Shown one piece after another: positions 28,530-37,422 of a stretch of DNA of 64,000 nucleotides. Made by a program: the position numbers and the translations under genes. The stretch is from a virus: positions 32,001 to 96,000 of the IMG/VR virus record IMGVR_UViG_3300028920_000038; one strand, written 5' to 3'. The stretch's first letter is position 1. Every line of letters starts with the position of its first letter. The notes under the pieces are model-generated. The model saw only the letters and a list, made by a program, of their open reading frames with translations, made no database searches and had not been told where the DNA came from.

Positions 28530-28986
28530 AAATGGCAGACGCTTGGTATCCAAAAGATGATGAAGATCAATGGGAATCTTGGTATCCCAAATGTCCTGCA
28601 TGTAAATCAAAGAATATTAAAGTGCTGGATGTATATAGAATTTCTTATGAATTAAATAGAGAAATTAGAAAAATGAGATGTGGAGATTGTAAAAATGAGT
28701 TCTGGGAATCGGAAGCCAGTTATTGAGAAATTAAAAAGAACTTGTTATGCATGTCCCAGTCAATGGGAAGGAAGAGATACAGAAGGTTATCCATATTATA
28801 TAAGATATAGATGGGATCACCTAACTGTGAGTAAGGGTAAAAGATATGGCCATATAGATACTGCAATAATGGCTGAGCCATATTTTTCAAAGACAGTTAA
28901 AGGAGATGGAATATCTGGAATCTTAGATTTTAATGAATTAAAGGAACAATTGAAATATACATTAGTAATTAAAGAGGAAATCGAAG

Positions 28987-29592
28987 ATGAAGATTACTTT
29001 GCTTGATTATACTGAAAATGGAATGAATAAAATAGCCAGAATGGCAAGAGCAACAAGATTGAATAGTTATGAGAATGGATTTGAATTAGATGAAACTAAA
29101 GATGATAAATTTGTTAAGAGATTAATAAGAGTGGGACATCTAGGAATTCTAGAACACATCTCCTTTACTTTTCATATATCAGAAGTGAGTAGGTGTTTAA
29201 CACATCAATTGGTAAGACATAGGATAGCATCCTATTTACAGATGAGTAATAGACATGCTAAGCCAGAGTTTCGTGGATATGTAACTCCAATTTCAATTAA
29301 TACTATAGAATATAAAGAATTCATGGATAATGCATATCTACTATACCGAGATATGATAGCAGATGGTTTACCTATAGAAGATGCAAGATATGTTTTACCA
29401 CCTGCATTCTTTACTCATATATCAGTAACTATGAATTGTAGAGAATTACTCCATTTCTTTGAATTGAGATGTGATAAAGCAGCTCAATGGGAAATAAGAG
29501 GAATGGCTTTAGAAATGTTAAAAATATGTTATGAAAAATATCCAGTGATATTTAAGGATATTTATGATAAGTACAAGAAGGATATAAAATGA
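28987..29592 (+). CDS. thyX: Flavin-dependent thymidylate synthase
   Basis: GHLGILEH, QLVRHRIASYLQMSNR, EDARYVLP and AQWEIR. Confidence 0.95.
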   Translation: MKITLLDYTENGMNKIARMARATRLNSYENGFELDETKDDKFVKRLIRVGHLGILEHISFTFHISEVSRCLTHQLVRHRIASYLQMSNRHAKPEFRGYVTPISINTIEYKEFMDNAYLLYRDMIADGLPIEDARYVLPPAFFTHISVTMNCRELLHFFELRCDKAAQWEIRGMALEMLKICYEKYPVIFKDIYDKYKKDIK

Positions 29593-29909
29593 ATTATACA
29601 TGGTCAACTACAACATCTAGTCATTGTGGAGATGGATCTAGTTATCACTTTTATTATGATAAACCATATAAGAATAAGCCAGCTACATGGGAAGATGTAT
29701 TTAAAATCAATTGGGATAAAATAAATCAAGTTCCTAAACCAGAAAAACCTACAGATATATTCAGTAGAGAAGAGACTATAATAACTAAAGATGGAGAATC
29801 AATATCATTAACTCTTGGAGAGTTATATGAATTGGAGAAACTTGGATTAGATCCAACAAAAATGACAAAGGAAGAATTAGAACAGCAATTATTAGCTATA
29901 AGGTTATAA
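29589..29909 (+). CDS. Hypothetical protein
   Basis: ORF track. Confidence 0.5.
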   Translation: MNYTWSTTTSSHCGDGSSYHFYYDKPYKNKPATWEDVFKINWDKINQVPKPEKPTDIFSREETIITKDGESISLTLGELYELEKLGLDPTKMTKEELEQQLLAIRL

Positions 29910-29922
29910 ATGTTTATATAAA
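29908..29922 (+). promoter_or_regulatory. Possible TATA box upstream of nrdJ
   Basis: TTTATATA at 29913-29920; RBS GAGGA precedes the second ATG (29936). Confidence 0.4.
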
Positions 29923-29923
29923 A

Positions 29924-31435
29924 ATGAGGAATAAAATGAATTTAAGTGACGCTGCGATTGAATTAATGAAGACTAAATATTGTAGTCACGGAGAAAAACC
30001 AAAAGATATATTTCCTAGAGTTGGAAAGGCATTAGCTCAACAGATGAACGGAGATGAGGATGCAGAGCAATTCACTAAAATAATGGAAGACCTGGACTTT
30101 TTACCTAATAGTCCATGTTTAAGAAATGCAGGCTATTCAAATATGGTAAAAGCGTGTTTTGTATTACCTGTTGATGATTCTATGGAGAGTATATTTAGAA
30201 CTCTTAAAGACTCTGCTATGGTTTTTAAATCTGGTGGAGGAGTTGGATATAACTTCAGTGACTTACGGGAAAGAGGAGCTACATTATCACATGGAGGAAC
30301 ATCCTCTGGTGTCATGTCCTTTATGAAGATCTATAATTCTATAACAGAAGCGGTCAAACAGGGAGGTTTTAGACGTGGAGCTTCTATGGGAGTTTTGGAT
30401 GTAGATCATCCTGAGATATTAGATTTTATAAAAGAGAAATTATCTAAAGGATCAATGAATAATTTTAATCTATCTGTAATGGCTACAGATGATTTTATGA
30501 AAGGTGTTGAAGAAGATAATAAGGTATTCCTTAGAAGTCGATTAGATAAAAGAGTTATTAAAGGCAAATTTAATTGTAGAGATTTGTTTAATATTATATG
30601 CTATTCAGCTTGGTTAACAGGAGATCCGGGATTATTATTCTATGATAGAATTAATAAAGACAATCCACATTATCCTAAATATGATATAAGAAGTACGAAT
30701 CCTTGTGGTGAAGTTCCTTTACTTCCATATGAATCTTGTTGTTTGGGAAGTATAAATTTAGCCAATTTTGTGACAAAGGACGGAGAATTTGATGTAGATA
30801 GATTCTCTAATATGGTTAGGATAGGAACTAAATTCTTAATGGCTATGACTAAGATCTGTGAATTTCCTATAGATGAGTGTTATACAGCTCAATCAAGATA
30901 TATGAGATTAGGTCTTGGAGTTATGGGATTTGCAGATATGCTTATGAAGATGGGTATACTATACGATTCAGATGATACTCTTAAGATGATAGATACTATA
31001 GGACCTATTATGCAAGAATCCAAACAATATGCTCCTATGTCAGTGGCTACATTATCCATAGCACCAACAGGAAGTTTATCTATTATTGCTAACTGTTCAT
31101 CTGGTATAGAACCTTGGTTCAGTAAATCGTACACCAGACATCTTACACATGGTAAAGTTAAAGAATCGAGAGATTCTAAATATCTAAGAACTGCTCATGA
31201 TATATCACCTGAATGGCATTTGAAAGTTCAATCTAGATGGCAATCTTATATAGATAATGGAGTAAGTAAAACAATTAATTTACCTCATAATGCTACTATT
31301 CAAGATGTTCAGAATATCTATATGAATGCTTGGAAGATGGGCTGTAAAGGAATTACCATCTTTAGGGATGGATGCCTTGGAGATACCGGACAAGTTCTTA
31401 GAAATACTTGCGATGAAGGTGATTGTTATCTATGA
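29924..31435 (+). CDS. nrdJ: Class II (adenosylcobalamin-dependent) ribonucleotide reductase, compact, no ATP cone
   Basis: PNSPCL, ACFV, GGGVG, TNPCGEVPL, CCLGSINL, IAPTG and SKTINLP; C-terminal CDEGDC. Confidence 0.9.
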   Translation: MRNKMNLSDAAIELMKTKYCSHGEKPKDIFPRVGKALAQQMNGDEDAEQFTKIMEDLDFLPNSPCLRNAGYSNMVKACFVLPVDDSMESIFRTLKDSAMVFKSGGGVGYNFSDLRERGATLSHGGTSSGVMSFMKIYNSITEAVKQGGFRRGASMGVLDVDHPEILDFIKEKLSKGSMNNFNLSVMATDDFMKGVEEDNKVFLRSRLDKRVIKGKFNCRDLFNIICYSAWLTGDPGLLFYDRINKDNPHYPKYDIRSTNPCGEVPLLPYESCCLGSINLANFVTKDGEFDVDRFSNMVRIGTKFLMAMTKICEFPIDECYTAQSRYMRLGLGVMGFADMLMKMGILYDSDDTLKMIDTIGPIMQESKQYAPMSVATLSIAPTGSLSIIANCSSGIEPWFSKSYTRHLTHGKVKESRDSKYLRTAHDISPEWHLKVQSRWQSYIDNGVSKTINLPHNATIQDVQNIYMNAWKMGCKGITIFRDGCLGDTGQVLRNTCDEGDCYL

Positions 31436-31686
31436 TAGAAGAAATAACTATATATACAACACCAAATTGTAAATATTGTCAAGAAGCTAAGAATATTATA
31501 TCAAAATATTTTATTGAATACAATGAAATTAATTTAAAGAAAAAGGAAAATAGAAAAGCTAGAGAATTTTATAGAAGTTTAGGAATTAAAACAGCTCCAG
31601 TGATTGTCATTAAATCAAATGGAGAAGAGATTATATTATCTGAATATGATAGTGAAATGTTAGAGGAGATGATTGAGAGCGCATGA
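31423..31686 (+). CDS. Glutaredoxin/NrdH-like redoxin
   Basis: YTTPNCKYC and TAPVI. Confidence 0.85.
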   Translation: MLSMIEEITIYTTPNCKYCQEAKNIISKYFIEYNEINLKKKENRKAREFYRSLGIKTAPVIVIKSNGEEIILSEYDSEMLEEMIESA

Positions 31687-31901
31687 AAAAAGAATTAGCA
31701 GATGAACCTGATAAAGAAGAAGACGAAGAAGATGACGATGAAGATGGAAAAGATAAAATAATAAATATGGAGAAAAATAGAAAAATTTGTTTAAATACTT
31801 TAAATGTTAATGTAGAAGTATCTTCTGATTATGAAGAAGATGATTTAGATAAACTTACTAATATAGCTACAGAACTTGTAAATAAATATAAAGTGGGGTG
31901 A
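31683..31901 (+). CDS. Acidic hypothetical protein
   Basis: ORF track. Confidence 0.5.
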   Translation: MKKELADEPDKEEDEEDDDEDGKDKIINMEKNRKICLNTLNVNVEVSSDYEEDDLDKLTNIATELVNKYKVG

Positions 31902-31905
31902 TTCA

Positions 31906-32100
31906 ATATATTGCCCAAAGTGTCATTCAAAATCTTCAGTAATTAATACAATTATGAAAAGAAATTTTGTGACAAGATATAGGAGATGTAATAATAAAAA
32001 ATGTAAATATGAATTTAAAACAAAAGAATTTTTATCAGATGGTTGGGATTATAGAACTGCTGTCTTAAAAATTAAGAAAATAGTAAACGATATAAATTAG
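31906..32100 (+). CDS. NrdR-like zinc-ribbon protein (probable ATA start, missed by the ORF track)
   Basis: YCPKCHSKSSVINT...RYRRCNNKKCKYEFKTKE; RBS GGGGTGA 4 nt upstream. Confidence 0.65.
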   Translation: MYCPKCHSKSSVINTIMKRNFVTRYRRCNNKKCKYEFKTKEFLSDGWDYRTAVLKIKKIVNDIN

Positions 32101-32110
32101 GAGGATATAA

Positions 32111-32368
32111 ATGGTTAAGATATCAGATGATAATACAGACAAAGGAAAAATTGAAGATAAAGTTTTAAAAACTATAAAGGATGAGAAAGATAATAGGAAA
32201 ACTTTAGTTGATAAGATGAATGATATTATAGATCAAAATAAGGAAGATATCAAAAGACATCTATTAAAAGCCCAGAATTTAATTAAAGAGAATTGGGATC
32301 AAAAGACATATAGTAAAAAAACCTTAGCTGCAATTGAAACTGCTTTAAATATATTAGAGGAATTATAA
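32111..32368 (+). CDS. Coiled-coil hypothetical protein
   Basis: ORF with RBS GGAGG. Confidence 0.55.
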   Translation: MVKISDDNTDKGKIEDKVLKTIKDEKDNRKTLVDKMNDIIDQNKEDIKRHLLKAQNLIKENWDQKTYSKKTLAAIETALNILEEL

Positions 32369-32370
32369 AT

Positions 32371-32724
32371 ATGTTCGATATTGATGATTTTGACGATATA
32401 TTTAGAAATGTGGAAAGAATCATCGAAGATAGTTATACTGGAGGGTATTCTAGACAATCCAGACAAATAAATAGAATGATAGATGTTCTTGAGGATGATG
32501 ATCATATATATATAACTGCAGAGATTAGAATTCCTGAAGAAGATATATCAGTAGAAGTAGAAGAGATGCATATAATATTTAATGTGATGGACGATGGAGC
32601 TTGGCAAAGAAAGATACAACATCTTCCATGTAAGGTAAATAAGGATACTGCAAAGATAACTTATAATAATTGTATAATAGATATAATATTAGAAAAGAAG
32701 GTTAATGATGGAGAGACATATTAA
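32371..32724 (+). CDS. Small heat-shock protein (Hsp20/alpha-crystallin)
   Basis: DVLEDDDHIYITAEI and AKITYNNCIIDIILEK. Confidence 0.8.
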   Translation: MFDIDDFDDIFRNVERIIEDSYTGGYSRQSRQINRMIDVLEDDDHIYITAEIRIPEEDISVEVEEMHIIFNVMDDGAWQRKIQHLPCKVNKDTAKITYNNCIIDIILEKKVNDGETY

Positions 32725-33061
32725 AAAACCATGGGGATCTGAAGAGATCTTAGAAGCAAACCCTAGTTATGTAGTAAAATTGATAAAGATAAAAAAAGGT
32801 AAAAAATTAAGTGAACAGTATCATATATATAAACATGAAACTATATATGTTCTAAAAGGGGATTTGGAATTATTTATTAAAGAACCAAGTTCCTTAGATC
32901 CTATAGGGATAACCCATGAATTAAAGGTTGGAGATAGTTTTGTTATTCCTAATAGAACTATTCACAGATTTATAGCAACCAAAGATTGTATTTTGTTAGA
33001 GTGTTCTACACCCGAATTATGGGATGTAGTAAGATTGGAAGATGATTATGGCAGGTCTTAA
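32705..33061 (+). CDS. Cupin (mannose-6-phosphate-isomerase C-terminal-like)
   Basis: KPWG, SEQYH..KHET and IHR. Confidence 0.8.
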   Translation: MMERHIKKPWGSEEILEANPSYVVKLIKIKKGKKLSEQYHIYKHETIYVLKGDLELFIKEPSSLDPIGITHELKVGDSFVIPNRTIHRFIATKDCILLECSTPELWDVVRLEDDYGRS

Positions 33062-33953
33062 AAAAATTGTAATAACTGGAGTATCAGGATTTATAGGATT
33101 TAATCTTGCTAGATACCTAGGTACTGATTATGAAATAATAGGGATAGATAAAGAACCTTGGAAAGATTCAGCTTGTTATAAATTCTATCAACAAGATATA
33201 AATGATCCATTACCGAATATAAAAGATGTATATGCAGTAATTCATTTAGCAGCTAAAGCTGGTGTTAGAGAATCGCAAGATAACTTTGAACAATACGTAA
33301 AGGATAATATTCTAGGTACAAAAAATCTATTAGACAAATGCAAAGACTGGAAACCTAAGTTGATTCTATTAGCATCATCTTCATCAGTTTATGGAGATAG
33401 TAAAGAACCTTCTCATGAGATAGATAAACTACATCCAAAGTCTTTATATGCAGCTTCTAAAGTGGCTATGGAAGAAATTGGAAGTTCGTATTCAGAATCT
33501 ATTTTGGATTGTCCTATAACTTCTCTGAGATTCTTTACAGTATATGGACCTAATCAACGTAAGGGATTGGCCATAAGAAATTTTATAGACAATATATTAA
33601 GAGAAGTTCCTATTACTATTTATGGAGATGGATTCCAAAGAAGAGATTTTACATATATAGACGATTTGTGTTATATGATTGAATGCTTACTTGTTAATCC
33701 AGAGAAATTAAATAATATAAAAACTTTAAATCTCGGATATGGAATTACTCATTCCTTATATGATATCATTTACACAACCAGTAAATTAACTGGGAAGGTA
33801 GTTAGAATGAAATATGAACCTAAAGATCCTCATGATGTATACAAAACAGAGACAGATCCTTCTTTGTTAAGTTTTCTAATTGAATTGAATGAACCAGTAA
33901 GTTTAGAAGAAGGTCTTAAGAAACAAATAGAGTGGAGTAAGAAATGGAATTAA
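33042..33953 (+). CDS. NAD-dependent sugar epimerase/dehydratase
   Basis: GVSGFIG, HLAAKAGVR, SSSSVYG, YAASK and RDFTYIDD. Confidence 0.9.
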   Translation: MIMAGLKKIVITGVSGFIGFNLARYLGTDYEIIGIDKEPWKDSACYKFYQQDINDPLPNIKDVYAVIHLAAKAGVRESQDNFEQYVKDNILGTKNLLDKCKDWKPKLILLASSSSVYGDSKEPSHEIDKLHPKSLYAASKVAMEEIGSSYSESILDCPITSLRFFTVYGPNQRKGLAIRNFIDNILREVPITIYGDGFQRRDFTYIDDLCYMIECLLVNPEKLNNIKTLNLGYGITHSLYDIIYTTSKLTGKVVRMKYEPKDPHDVYKTETDPSLLSFLIELNEPVSLEEGLKKQIEWSKKWN

Positions 33954-34591
33954 ATATATTATATGATGATATTATAAAATATTTTAGATTTGGTAGTTTA
34001 GAAAAAAGATTAAAATATTTTGATACATTAAATATATCAGAAGGAGATACAGTTATGGATTGTGGTTCATACTTTGGATCTAATACAGTTTACCTCTCTA
34101 GAAAAGTTGGTAATAAAGGAAAAGTTATATCTATAGAAGCGGATCCAAACAATTTTAATATACTTATAAAAAATATTGAATATTTTAAATCAAAAAATGT
34201 AATACCTTTAAATATAGCAATTAGTAATAAAAGAGGATTTGAATATATATACCAATCCCTAGATGGATCATCTGCTAATTCTATAGTAAAAGAGTCTTCA
34301 AAGGTAGTTAACATTCCTTACGAAAAAACTAGATGTGATACATTCCTAAATATTATAAAGAGATGTCGTGTTAAGGACATACATTTTATATATTTAAATA
34401 TAGAGGGATCAGAGTATTATATATTAAAAGATATAGAAGAGATTATAAATAGATATAGACCGATATGGGTTATGCATGACCATGAAAAATATTTAAAAAA
34501 TCATAATTCATCAGAAATAGATAGTATATTTAATAACCATTCTTATAAAATTATAGAAGAACCATTTAAAACATTTATTCCATATGAATAA
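33944..34591 (+). CDS. FkbM-family methyltransferase
   Basis: MDCGSYFG, IEADP and NIEGSE. Confidence 0.85.
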   Translation: MELNILYDDIIKYFRFGSLEKRLKYFDTLNISEGDTVMDCGSYFGSNTVYLSRKVGNKGKVISIEADPNNFNILIKNIEYFKSKNVIPLNIAISNKRGFEYIYQSLDGSSANSIVKESSKVVNIPYEKTRCDTFLNIIKRCRVKDIHFIYLNIEGSEYYILKDIEEIINRYRPIWVMHDHEKYLKNHNSSEIDSIFNNHSYKIIEEPFKTFIPYE

Positions 34592-35516
34592 AATATTTGG
34601 AGTTGAAATAAAAATGAGTAAGTTTGATTTAACAATTGCATTTGATAAAGCTAATTATCTTAATCCACAACTTTATATGTTCTTTGACACACTTAAAGAC
34701 AATATTCCAGAAGATACAAAAGTTCATATAGTAACTAATAGAGGTAAAGAAGACCATATTAGAAAGTATATCAAAGAGAATATAAACTCAAAGATTTACT
34801 TTAATACTGGGTATAAAACACAACATCTAAATTCCAGATGTAGATACATGTTTAATTGCTTTGATATTAAATCTGATGCCGATTGGATTATTAAGATGGA
34901 AGCCGATATGCTAATACTTAAACATTTATCTGCATTGGAAAATATTCTAGAAGATAATTTAGATTGTGTTCTAGAAACAGAGAATAGAGTAATATTTGAT
35001 GAATCCACATCAAATAGACTTTGGAGAATGATGTATAGGGCTATGGATATTAAACCACCTGCATTCAAAATAGAATTTAGAGAGAATAAAGAAATGGGAT
35101 TACCATTATTTGGAACTGGTATGATATGTGTGAGAAATCGAACATTAAATAAAATTAATGAAAGATGGATAGATTTAACAAAGAAAGTAGAACCTTGGCT
35201 AAATTTGAATGTTCATCCTAACGAACAGGCATTTACTGGATTAGTTCTTGACGAAAATTGGAAGTGGAAGATATATCCAGCAAATTATAAATTCAATCCA
35301 ATTGGACATTTTAGAAAAGGATCATTTCCATCAATTGATTTGATAGAAAATTGTAAATTACCAGGCGATACAATAATACTTGATTATCATAGACCTCAAT
35401 GGCTATTTCATGTTGCTAAGTATAATCCACAAATTAAGACAATTATTCAAAAAAATAAACAACATATCCCAAAAGAATGGTGGAAATTAACTAATTTAGA
35501 CTTCAGAGAAAAATAA
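34584..35516 (+). CDS. GT-A glycosyltransferase (GT8-like)
   Basis: EAD motif, GTGMI and NEQA; real start may be 34614. Confidence 0.55.
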   Translation: MNKIFGVEIKMSKFDLTIAFDKANYLNPQLYMFFDTLKDNIPEDTKVHIVTNRGKEDHIRKYIKENINSKIYFNTGYKTQHLNSRCRYMFNCFDIKSDADWIIKMEADMLILKHLSALENILEDNLDCVLETENRVIFDESTSNRLWRMMYRAMDIKPPAFKIEFRENKEMGLPLFGTGMICVRNRTLNKINERWIDLTKKVEPWLNLNVHPNEQAFTGLVLDENWKWKIYPANYKFNPIGHFRKGSFPSIDLIENCKLPGDTIILDYHRPQWLFHVAKYNPQIKTIIQKNKQHIPKEWWKLTNLDFREK

Positions 35517-35518
35517 AT

Positions 35519-35734
35519 ATGAAATGTCCTAATTGTAATTCTAAAGATGTTATTACTAATACAACCCGGAAATCTAAAAAAGATTATCTTGTAATAAGAT
35601 ATAAGGAATGTAAAAGCTGTAGTTATAAATTCAAAACTTGGGAATCTCTAAATAATTTAAATTGGAAAATGAAATATAAAAAACTGTTAAATAATATAAA
35701 AGATCTATATGAAAGAGAAGATGACATGTCCTAA
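35519..35734 (+). CDS. NrdR-like zinc-ribbon protein
   Basis: MKCPNCNSKDVITNT...RYKECKSCSYKFKTWE. Confidence 0.7.
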   Translation: MKCPNCNSKDVITNTTRKSKKDYLVIRYKECKSCSYKFKTWESLNNLNWKMKYKKLLNNIKDLYEREDDMS

Positions 35735-36158
35735 TTGCGAAAATGAAATGACTTGTACAGATTCATTAATATATCCTAATGGAGATACAAAGAAATATTA
35801 TAAATGCAAAAAATGTAATACCGCATTATTTTCTATATTGAGACCAGAGGAGATTATTAAAATATTTATACCATATGAAAAACCAGAAATTATAAATAAA
35901 GAAATTATAGAAGCAACTAGACAGTATGCTATAAGTGTATATGGAGATAGTTGCATACTATGTGGAGAAAATAGACTTGTAGATGTGCATCATCTAATTC
36001 CAAGAAGTAAAGGTGGAGAGGATAAAATAGAAAATTTAGTTGTTTTATGTCCAACTTGTCATTATTCAATACATAGAAATAAAATTTCTGAATCAGAATA
36101 TTTAAAATTATTAAAAAATCAGAGAAAAATATTGTACAAAATCTTGGAAAATAGATAA
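35721..36158 (+). CDS. HNH endonuclease with N-terminal zinc ribbon
   Basis: CILCG, DVHHLIP..GG....NLVVLCPTCH. Confidence 0.85.
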   Translation: MTCPNCENEMTCTDSLIYPNGDTKKYYKCKKCNTALFSILRPEEIIKIFIPYEKPEIINKEIIEATRQYAISVYGDSCILCGENRLVDVHHLIPRSKGGEDKIENLVVLCPTCHYSIHRNKISESEYLKLLKNQRKILYKILENR

Positions 36159-36213
36159 TGTACTACATATAGTACAAATTGAAATATATAACATTAGATA
36201 AACTATAGTACAC

Positions 36214-36243
36214 TTTTGCTTATAATAATTTTTATAAGCAAAA
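36214..36243. other. Perfect 12-6-12 inverted repeat, dif/tyrosine-recombinase-site-like
   Basis: TTTTGCTTATAA-TAATTT-TTATAAGCAAAA. Confidence 0.55.
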
Positions 36244-36301
36244 TCTATATACTTAACGTGTAAAAAGTACCTTTCTAAACAACTTTATAGGGAGAGAGAA
36301 T

Positions 36302-36505
36302 ATGACATGGAAAATTGGTGACAAATTTAAATTCAAAAGACCTAAAAATTTATTAGAATTCACGGCAGAGATTATTGGTATATATAACGGTGAATTTGTG
36401 CAATTTAAAATAATAGAATGCAACCAAAAACATTTAATTGGAAAAGAAAAATTCTTTAAAATAGGACAAGAGGCAGAAAGATCTATAAAGAGGATTTGTG
36501 ATTAA
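36302..36505 (+). CDS. Small SH3-like protein
   Basis: WKIGDKFKF pattern; RBS GGGAGA. Confidence 0.5.
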   Translation: MTWKIGDKFKFKRPKNLLEFTAEIIGIYNGEFVQFKIIECNQKHLIGKEKFFKIGQEAERSIKRICD

Positions 36506-37422
36506 TGAATATAGGCCAGTTTAATGCAAGAGGACCTCATAATGGAGTGGAACATTGGTTTGATTTAATTCATGACGAATTAATAAATCAAGGCCATGAA
36601 GTTAGACAATTCTGGTTACGAGGAGATCAACCAACTAAAGAAGATAAAGAATGGATGGATTTCGCTTTATTTCATTTTTCACAAGTTGCTCTTCATTATA
36701 TGAGATTAGGAGTTCCTTATTGTATATTACCATCAGCTAACGATTGCTTTCCTGATAATGGAGCTAAGCTTAAAAAAGCAGCTTCACATAAGAATTGCAA
36801 GTTTGTGACTTATCAAAGTCAATATCACTTAGAAAAGTATAAGGAATGGAATATTCCCAAACCTAAGGTATATGTGCCTATGCCTGCTAGAATAGATTTA
36901 TTTAAAAGAACAAAACCAGTTGGCACTAAAATTATAGCAGGTGGTAGGTTGATACCAAAGAAAGGGTTAGATAAATTACCTAATAGATCAGATTTATATA
37001 TATTTGGTGATGGTCCTCTACGGACACGACTGGTGTGTCGCCTCCCGAAGGTAAACTTCGTGGGATGGTTAGAAGGTGAAGAGCTAAGAGATCTTATGGA
37101 AGACTCATGGCTCTTCCTTAATCCTTCTATTGAAACAGAAGATGGAGATAAAGAAGGTATACCAAATACATTGAAGGAAGCACTATTAATGGAATTGCAT
37201 GTGATATCTAGTCCAATAGCTGGAATCCCAGAACTTAAACATGTGAATCTTGTAAAAGATTGGTCAGATATATATATAAATGGATATATAAAAGATTTAG
37301 AAAAAATAAATCAAGGATATACATTTTATAAATTCAGAGGAAATTTAGAAGGTAAAGAAGAAATTAGGAATATATACTCTCCTGAAAATTGTGTAAATAA
37401 ATTATTGGAGATGATAAAATAG
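36505..37422 (+). CDS. GT4 glycosyltransferase
   Basis: GRLIPKKG and EGIPNTLKEALL (Ex7E). Confidence 0.85.
   Translation: MNIGQFNARGPHNGVEHWFDLIHDELINQGHEVRQFWLRGDQPTKEDKEWMDFALFHFSQVALHYMRLGVPYCILPSANDCFPDNGAKLKKAASHKNCKFVTYQSQYHLEKYKEWNIPKPKVYVPMPARIDLFKRTKPVGTKIIAGGRLIPKKGLDKLPNRSDLYIFGDGPLRTRLVCRLPKVNFVGWLEGEELRDLMEDSWLFLNPSIETEDGDKEGIPNTLKEALLMELHVISSPIAGIPELKHVNLVKDWSDIYINGYIKDLEKINQGYTFYKFRGNLEGKEEIRNIYSPENCVNKLLEMIK

Noticed and set aside
32705-33061. Cupin as methylphosphonate synthase/HEP dioxygenase (methane-precursor pathway)
   Set aside because: Only 118 aa, with a KPWG/PMI-type signature, and 15 kb from pepM; MpnS/HEPD are much larger.
35721-36158. HNH as an intron-encoded homing endonuclease or terminase partner
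   Set aside because: No interrupted host gene or adjacent terminase is visible; treated as a free-standing HNH.
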